In this document: positions 35,853-40,339 of the stretch, piece after piece | How the letters are laid out: each line of letters starts with the position of its first letter | How positions within the stretch are numbered: position 1 is the stretch's first letter | Source of the DNA: Caldimonas sp. | GTDB lineage: Bacteria > Pseudomonadota > Gammaproteobacteria > Burkholderiales > Burkholderiaceae_C | Reading direction: 5' to 3' | Length of the DNA: 40,339 bases | NCBI GenBank assembly: GCA_035456045.1 | Contig: DATIDZ010000260.1 | Location: 1-40,339 of the forward strand | Notes under the pieces: model-generated | Told to the model about the DNA's origin: nothing | The model's database searches: none | What the model saw: the letters and a program-made list of their open reading frames with translations, nothing else | Position numbers and translations under genes: made by a program

Positions 35853-36104
35853 ATGAAGAACGCACTCATCGCCATCGCCTTCCTGATCGGTGCCGCCGGC
35901 GCCCACGCCCAGGCGACCACCGCCGTCAAGGAAGCCGGCAAGGCCACGGCCGAGACCGCCAAGCAAGGCACGGAGAACACCAAGGCCGCCGTCAGCAGCG
36001 AGCCGTCGAAGACCGTGCACAAGGCCGATGCCAAGGCGCACAAGGCCAAGGCCAAGCACGCCGGCCACGAGTCGAAGGAAGCGGCGAAGGCGGCGGTCAA
36101 GTAA
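35853..36104 (+). CDS. Small secreted Ala/Lys-rich protein
   Basis: Signal peptide MKNALIAIAFLIGAAGAHA, low-complexity A/K/E/T helix, biased codon usage, downstream terminator. Confidence 0.85.
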   Translation: MKNALIAIAFLIGAAGAHAQATTAVKEAGKATAETAKQGTENTKAAVSSEPSKTVHKADAKAHKAKAKHAGHESKEAAKAAVK

Positions 36105-36153
36105 GACGCCTCTCGTCGATCGGGCGGTTGTTTCCGTCGCCCGCTCGCACACG

Positions 36154-36184
36154 AAGAACGCGGCTCCGGCCGCGTTTCTTCTTT
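36154..36184 (+). terminator. Intrinsic terminator, probably bidirectional
   Basis: AAGAACGCGGC-TCCG-GCCGCGTTTCTTCTTT between convergent genes. Confidence 0.75.
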
Positions 36185-36213
36185 GCGGGCGCCCTCCGCC
36201 GTCCGGCTCGTCG

Positions 36214-36891
36214 TCACGGCGCGCCGAGCGCCGCCCAGCCGACGGCTTCGCGCACGATCTGCGGCCGCACTTCGTGGCCGCCGACGAACTCGCGGTAGAC
36301 GATGTCGTAGCCGGCACCCTCGAGCTGGGGAACGATGCGGCGGCTGCAGCGATCGATGGGCAGCACCGTGTCGTGCGTGCCGTGGGCGATGAAGAGGCGG
36401 GGCTTGCCGGACGGCTCGACCGCGGCGAAGAACCCCGGAGAGAGCGCGATGACGTGGCGGAACAGGTCGCCGTGCGCGAGGCCGATCGTCAACGCGTACG
36501 ACGCGCCGTCGGAGAAGCCGCCCACCGCGATCTGCGCCGGCGCGACGTCGTAGCGCTCGAAGATCCAGCGCAGGCCGGCGTCGATCTGCGCGACGTCCGG
36601 GCCGAGCCCGTCGATGATCGCGTCCCACGTGTAGGCCGTCGACGCCGGCGCGAGCACGATCCAGCCGGCGTCGCTCGCGAACGGCGCGAGCAGGCCGAGA
36701 CCCTGCTCGGCATCGCCGCCCGCGCCGTGCAGCATGACCGCCACCGGCGCCGGCACGCCGGGCCGGACCTTCGCGCTCGCCATCACCCAGCCCGGTCGCG
36801 ATGTACCGAGGTCGACGCGATGGCGCCCGGGCTCGCCGCGCGCGTGCTTCCCCGTCCGCGTGACGGGCCGGACAGTGAGGCCCCTGGCCAT
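36214..36891 (-). CDS. Phospholipase/carboxylesterase (alpha/beta hydrolase)
   Basis: MLHGAGG, GGFSDGASY (GxSxG), AHGTHDTVLP, EFVGGHEV (Ser-Asp-His triad). Start at ATG 36891. Confidence 0.88.
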   Translation of the reverse strand: MARGLTVRPVTRTGKHARGEPGRHRVDLGTSRPGWVMASAKVRPGVPAPVAVMLHGAGGDAEQGLGLLAPFASDAGWIVLAPASTAYTWDAIIDGLGPDVAQIDAGLRWIFERYDVAPAQIAVGGFSDGASYALTIGLAHGDLFRHVIALSPGFFAAVEPSGKPRLFIAHGTHDTVLPIDRCSRRIVPQLEGAGYDIVYREFVGGHEVRPQIVREAVGWAALGAP

Positions 36892-36903
36892 GGCACGCCG
36901 GCG

Positions 36904-36918
36904 GCAACGACCATGCCT
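36904..36918 (-). promoter_or_regulatory. Putative sigma-54 promoter of the esterase gene
   Basis: Minus strand reads AGGCATGGTCGTTGC (GGCATG-N4-TTGC). Predicted +1 is about 36892, next to the ATG at 36891. Confidence 0.65.
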
Positions 36919-36970
36919 GCGCGCTGCGGCGCATGCGGTCGCGGCAGATGCGCTCGTGGCCGCGCCTGCG

Positions 36971-37011
36971 TTGACGTCGATCAATGTGGAGGAGCGGCGC
37001 CGGCGTACCTT
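36971..37011 (+). promoter_or_regulatory. FNR-type box and class II promoter for hemG
   Basis: TTGAC-GTCG-ATCAA (36971-36984) has one mismatch to TTGAT-N4-ATCAA. A -10 TACCTT lies at 37006-37011, placing the box centre about 41.5 bp upstream of the predicted TSS (~37019). Confidence 0.75.
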
Positions 37012-37020
37012 GGCCGGGCC

Positions 37021-37599
37021 ATGACGCAGCGCGCCCTCCTCCTGTGCTCGTCGACCGACGGACAGACGCGGCGCATCTGCGAACGGCTGCGCGGCACGCT
37101 CGAGGACGCCGGCGCGACGGTCACGCTGACGATGATCGAGGATGCGGACGACCTCGCGCCGACGGCCTTCGACCTGGTCGTCGTCGGTGCGCGGATCCGC
37201 TACGGCCGCACCGACGCGCGCGTGATCGCGTTCGCGCGCCGCCATCGAGCCGCGCTCGAGGCGATGCCGAGCGCCTACTTCTCGGTCAACATCGTCGCCC
37301 GCAAGGCGGGCAAGGACCGGCCCGACACCAATCCGTACGTGCGCGACTTCCTGCGCCGGGCGCGCTGGCGTCCGGGCCGCACCGAGGTGTTCGCCGGGCG
37401 GCTCGACTACCCGCGCTACGGCGTCGTCGACCGCTTCGTCATCCGCCTGATCATGCGCATGACCGGCGGCCCGACGCGGCCCGACACGGTCGTCGAGTAC
37501 ACCGACTGGCAGCGCGTCGACGCCTTCGGACGCGCGCTGTGCTCGGACCTGCGGCTCGACCTCAGTACGTCTCGAGGTGAATCCGGCCTTCGCGCTTGA
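37021..37599 (+). CDS. hemG: Menaquinone-dependent protoporphyrinogen IX dehydrogenase (flavodoxin fold)
   Basis: [67 protein letters not shown]. Confidence 0.9.
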   Translation: MTQRALLLCSSTDGQTRRICERLRGTLEDAGATVTLTMIEDADDLAPTAFDLVVVGARIRYGRTDARVIAFARRHRAALEAMPSAYFSVNIVARKAGKDRPDTNPYVRDFLRRARWRPGRTEVFAGRLDYPRYGVVDRFVIRLIMRMTGGPTRPDTVVEYTDWQRVDAFGRALCSDLRLDLSTSRGESGLRA

Positions 37600-38848
37600 G
37601 CGCGAGGGCGATCGTCTCCCAGTCGAGCTCCCCAGCGACGGCGACGTCGCGCAGCGCGAGCAGCACGCCCTCCTCCATCGCCTTGAGCCCGCACACGTAG
37701 AAGTGCGAGTTCGGGTCGGACAGGAGCGGCACGAGGTCGACCGCGCGTTCGTGGATCAGGTCCTGGACGTACTTCCTCGGCTGCCCCGGGGTGCGCGAGA
37801 AGGCGAGGTTGATGTCGATGAAGTCCTTCGGCAGGCTGGTGAGCGGGCCGAAGTACGGCAGCTCCTCGCGCGTGCGCGCGCCGAAGAACAGCATCAGCTT
37901 GCCGCTCTCGAACTTGCCGCTCTTCCTCAGGCGCCGGCGCCATTCGGTCATCGCCCGCATCGGCGCGCTGCCCGTGCCGGTGCAGATCATGACGATGTGC
38001 GACCTCGGGTGGTTGGGCATCAGGAAGCTCTGGCCGAACGGCCCGATCACCTGCACGCTGTCGCCGACCTTGAGGTCGCAGAGGTAGTTCGAGGCGACGC
38101 CGCGCGTCGGTCGACCGTGGTGGTCCTCGGTGACGCGCTTGACCGTCAGCGAGACGTTGTTGTAGCCCGGCCGCTCGCCGTTCCTCGGGCTCGCCACCGA
38201 GTACTGGCGCGCGACGTGCGGGCGCCCGCCGGCGTCGACGCCGGGCGGGATGATGCCGATCGACTGGCCCTCGAGGACGGGAAACGGGATGGCCCCGAAG
38301 TCGAGGACGATGTGGTGCGTCTGGTTGTGGAAGCCCGCCTCGGTGCAGTTGACGTTGCCCGCCACCGTCGCGGTGGTCGGGTTCTTCGGTCCGAACAGGT
38401 TGGTGTAGGCGTGCGCCGCCGACCACGGCGGCACCGTCGCGCCGAACGCCGCGCTGTTGAAAGGCGCCTCGCCGTTCGCCGCCTCCGGCTTGACCGCGAG
38501 CACCGGCTCGGCAGCCGCGCTCGCGGCGGCTTCCGGCGTGACGCCCTCGGCCGCGAGCTGCTCGGGCGTGAGCTCGGCGGGCAGCTCGTCCCAGGTGAGC
38601 TGCTCGGCGATCGGATACGCGCGCACCTTCGGCACGGTGCGCCAGTTGTCGATCGAGCCGGTCGGGCACGGCGCGATGCACGCCATGCAGTAGTTGCAGA
38701 CGTCGGCGCGCACGACGTAGTTGCGGTCGTCGTGGGTGATCGCGCCGACCGGGCAGGTCGCCTCGCAGGTGTTGCAGCGGATGCAGATCTCGGGGTCGAT
38801 CAGGTGCTGCTTGATCACTCCCGTGCTGTCGGCGCCGGCGGTCTCCAT
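37562..38848 (-). CDS. boxA: Benzoyl-CoA 2,3-epoxidase reductase subunit A
   Basis: [21 protein letters not shown] and [14 protein letters not shown] (two 4Fe-4S), plus an FNR-like domain with [23 protein letters not shown] and C-terminal ETY. ATG 38848 preferred over TTG 38866. Confidence 0.96.
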   Translation of the reverse strand: METAGADSTGVIKQHLIDPEICIRCNTCEATCPVGAITHDDRNYVVRADVCNYCMACIAPCPTGSIDNWRTVPKVRAYPIAEQLTWDELPAELTPEQLAAEGVTPEAAASAAAEPVLAVKPEAANGEAPFNSAAFGATVPPWSAAHAYTNLFGPKNPTTATVAGNVNCTEAGFHNQTHHIVLDFGAIPFPVLEGQSIGIIPPGVDAGGRPHVARQYSVASPRNGERPGYNNVSLTVKRVTEDHHGRPTRGVASNYLCDLKVGDSVQVIGPFGQSFLMPNHPRSHIVMICTGTGSAPMRAMTEWRRRLRKSGKFESGKLMLFFGARTREELPYFGPLTSLPKDFIDINLAFSRTPGQPRKYVQDLIHERAVDLVPLLSDPNSHFYVCGLKAMEEGVLLALRDVAVAGELDWETIALALKREGRIHLETY

Positions 38849-38858
38849 GGCCCGATGA

Positions 38859-40286
38859 TCAGCCAAACCGCACGTACGCGAAGTCGACCGGGTTCTTGTT
38901 GATGCCCATCGCCGGCGGCGCGATCCAGCCCGCGAACTTGCCCGGCTCGAGCACCGGGCCCATCAGCGAGGCGACGAACGCGAAGTCGGCCGGGCTCGGC
39001 AGCCACTCGCGTTCCTTCGCCTTCCATTCGTCCTCGCTGACGACGCGGCCGTCGGGCGACATGCGGATGCCGGCGAGCGCGCCGATCTTGCGGTTGAACG
39101 CCTTGTGCGGCGCCGCCAGCCGCTGCGACAGGCCGGCCTTCTCGAGCACCTTGTTCCAGCGGCCGATGCCGGCGATCGAGTCCTTGATGAAGTCGTCGCG
39201 CAGCACCTCGTTCAAGGCGTTGAGCATCGGCACTTCCTTTTCGGCGAGCTGGCCGTTCTGCACCTCGAGCACCTTGTAGGTCTGGCCCTTGAGCACGTGG
39301 TCGTCGGTCCGCTTGCCTTCCTCGAAGCGGCCCTTCAGGCCGGACGAGTAGAAGGTGGCGGCGTTGCTCGACTGGTCGGCGCCGAAGAGGTCGATCGTCA
39401 CCGAGTAGTGAAAGTTGAGGTAGCGCTGGATCGTGCCGAGGTCGATCGCGCCGGCGGCGCGGACGAGCGCCGGGTCGTCGGTCTTCAGCTCGTTCATCAC
39501 CTGGGCGGTGCGCTGCAGCACGCGCGACACGCCGCTCTCGCCGACGAACATGTGGTGCGCTTCCTCGGTCAGCATGAACTTGGTCGTTCGCGCGAGCGGA
39601 TCGAACGCGCTCTCCGCGAGCGCGGCGAGCTGGAACTTGCCGTCGCGGTCGGTGAAGTAGGTGAACATGAAGAACGCCAGCCAGTCGGGCGTCTTCTCGT
39701 TGAACGCGCCGAGGATGCGCGGGTTGTCCTGGTCGCCCGAGGTGCGCTCGAGGAGGGCGGCCGCTTCCTCGCGGCCGTCGCGGCCGAAGAACTTCTGCAG
39801 CAGGTAGACCATCGCCCACAGGTGGCGGCCTTCCTCGACGTTGACCTGGAAGAGGTTCCGGAGGTCGTACAGCGACGGCGCGGTGAGGCCGAGATGGCGC
39901 TGCTGCTCGACCGACGCGGGCTCGGTGTCGCCCTGCGTGACGATGATCCGGCGCAGGTTGGCGCGGTGCTCGCCGGGAACGTCCTGCCACGCCTTCTCGC
40001 CCTTGTGGTCGCCGAAGTGGATCTGCCGGTTCTCGTCGGCCGGGTTCAGGAAGATGCCCCAGCGGTAGTCGCGCATCTTCACGTGGTCGAACACCGCCCA
40101 GCCCTGCGGATCGACGCTGGTCGCGGTCCGCAGGTAGACCTCGTTGTTCGTCGAGTTCTCCGGGCCGACGTCGTCCCACCAGTGGATGAAGTTGGGCTGC
40201 CACTGCTCGAGCGCGCGCTGCAGCGTGCGGTCTTCGCCGAGGTTGACGTTGTTGGGGATCTTCTCGCTGTAGTTGATGCCGGACAT
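38859..40286 (-). CDS. boxB: Benzoyl-CoA 2,3-epoxidase diiron subunit B
   Basis: [41 protein letters not shown] (ExxH diiron motifs); AAGGA RBS. Confidence 0.97.
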   Translation of the reverse strand: MSGINYSEKIPNNVNLGEDRTLQRALEQWQPNFIHWWDDVGPENSTNNEVYLRTATSVDPQGWAVFDHVKMRDYRWGIFLNPADENRQIHFGDHKGEKAWQDVPGEHRANLRRIIVTQGDTEPASVEQQRHLGLTAPSLYDLRNLFQVNVEEGRHLWAMVYLLQKFFGRDGREEAAALLERTSGDQDNPRILGAFNEKTPDWLAFFMFTYFTDRDGKFQLAALAESAFDPLARTTKFMLTEEAHHMFVGESGVSRVLQRTAQVMNELKTDDPALVRAAGAIDLGTIQRYLNFHYSVTIDLFGADQSSNAATFYSSGLKGRFEEGKRTDDHVLKGQTYKVLEVQNGQLAEKEVPMLNALNEVLRDDFIKDSIAGIGRWNKVLEKAGLSQRLAAPHKAFNRKIGALAGIRMSPDGRVVSEDEWKAKEREWLPSPADFAFVASLMGPVLEPGKFAGWIAPPAMGINKNPVDFAYVRFG

Positions 40287-40326
40287 GTGCGGTGTTCCTT
40301 CGTTGCGACTCGATCGATGAAGCTCG

Positions 40327-40339
40327 TCAGACGCGGTTG
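40327..40339 (-). CDS. boxC: Last codons of the upstream gene (...NRV*), probably benzoyl-CoA-dihydrodiol lyase BoxC
   Basis: Minus strand reads AAC CGC GTC TGA. boxC normally precedes boxB and, as I recall, ends in -RV. Only 13 nt are visible. Confidence 0.5.

Noticed and set aside
36891-36905. TGGCACG on the plus strand as a sigma-54 site for hemG
   Set aside because: The -12 element is poor (CGGC); the FNR/sigma-70 architecture explains hemG better.
1-40339. CRISPR arrays, tRNA/rRNA, IS elements, prophage, defence or toxin-antitoxin systems, riboswitches
   Set aside because: No regularly spaced repeats, RNA-gene signatures or recombinase/nuclease motifs were seen, and intergenic regions are short. 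A covariance-model scan was not possible.

Overview
GC-rich bacterial chromosomal segment, most consistent with a Burkholderiales betaproteobacterium (inferred from orphan Bug/TctC receptors, the box genes and a PEP-CTERM protein). It holds about 39 genes. I found no rRNA, tRNA, CRISPR array, transposase or integrase. From left to right: (1) a leftward GT4/GmhB-like phosphatase/GT9 operon, divergent from an MFS gene, with back-to-back sigma-54-like promoters between them; (2) a LacI-regulated glucarate-type operon (Bug, GudD, Bug, HpcH aldolase, tartronate semialdehyde reductase) with a clear operator and promoter; (3) an atypical PDZ + multi-TM + GAF-like receptor with no output domain; (4) MOSC, msrB-msrA and an MDR oxidoreductase; (5) a ~16 kb CoA-dependent catabolic cluster of unknown substrate, made of two convergent operons that share an IclR-type palindrome, plus TRAP and MFS transporters, IclR and a Tat-signal amidohydrolase; (6) a PEP-CTERM protein, SelO, an orphan SBP, small proteins, an esterase and an FNR-box-preceded hemG; (7) boxA, boxB and the last codons of probable boxC. 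The best candidates for undescribed biology are the CoA cluster, the output-less receptor and the sigma-54-driven heptose/glycosyl operon with its small upstream ORF. All calls rest on motif recognition and hand-counted coordinates, with no database searches. Most long alternative-frame ORFs in the track are GC-rich shadows.
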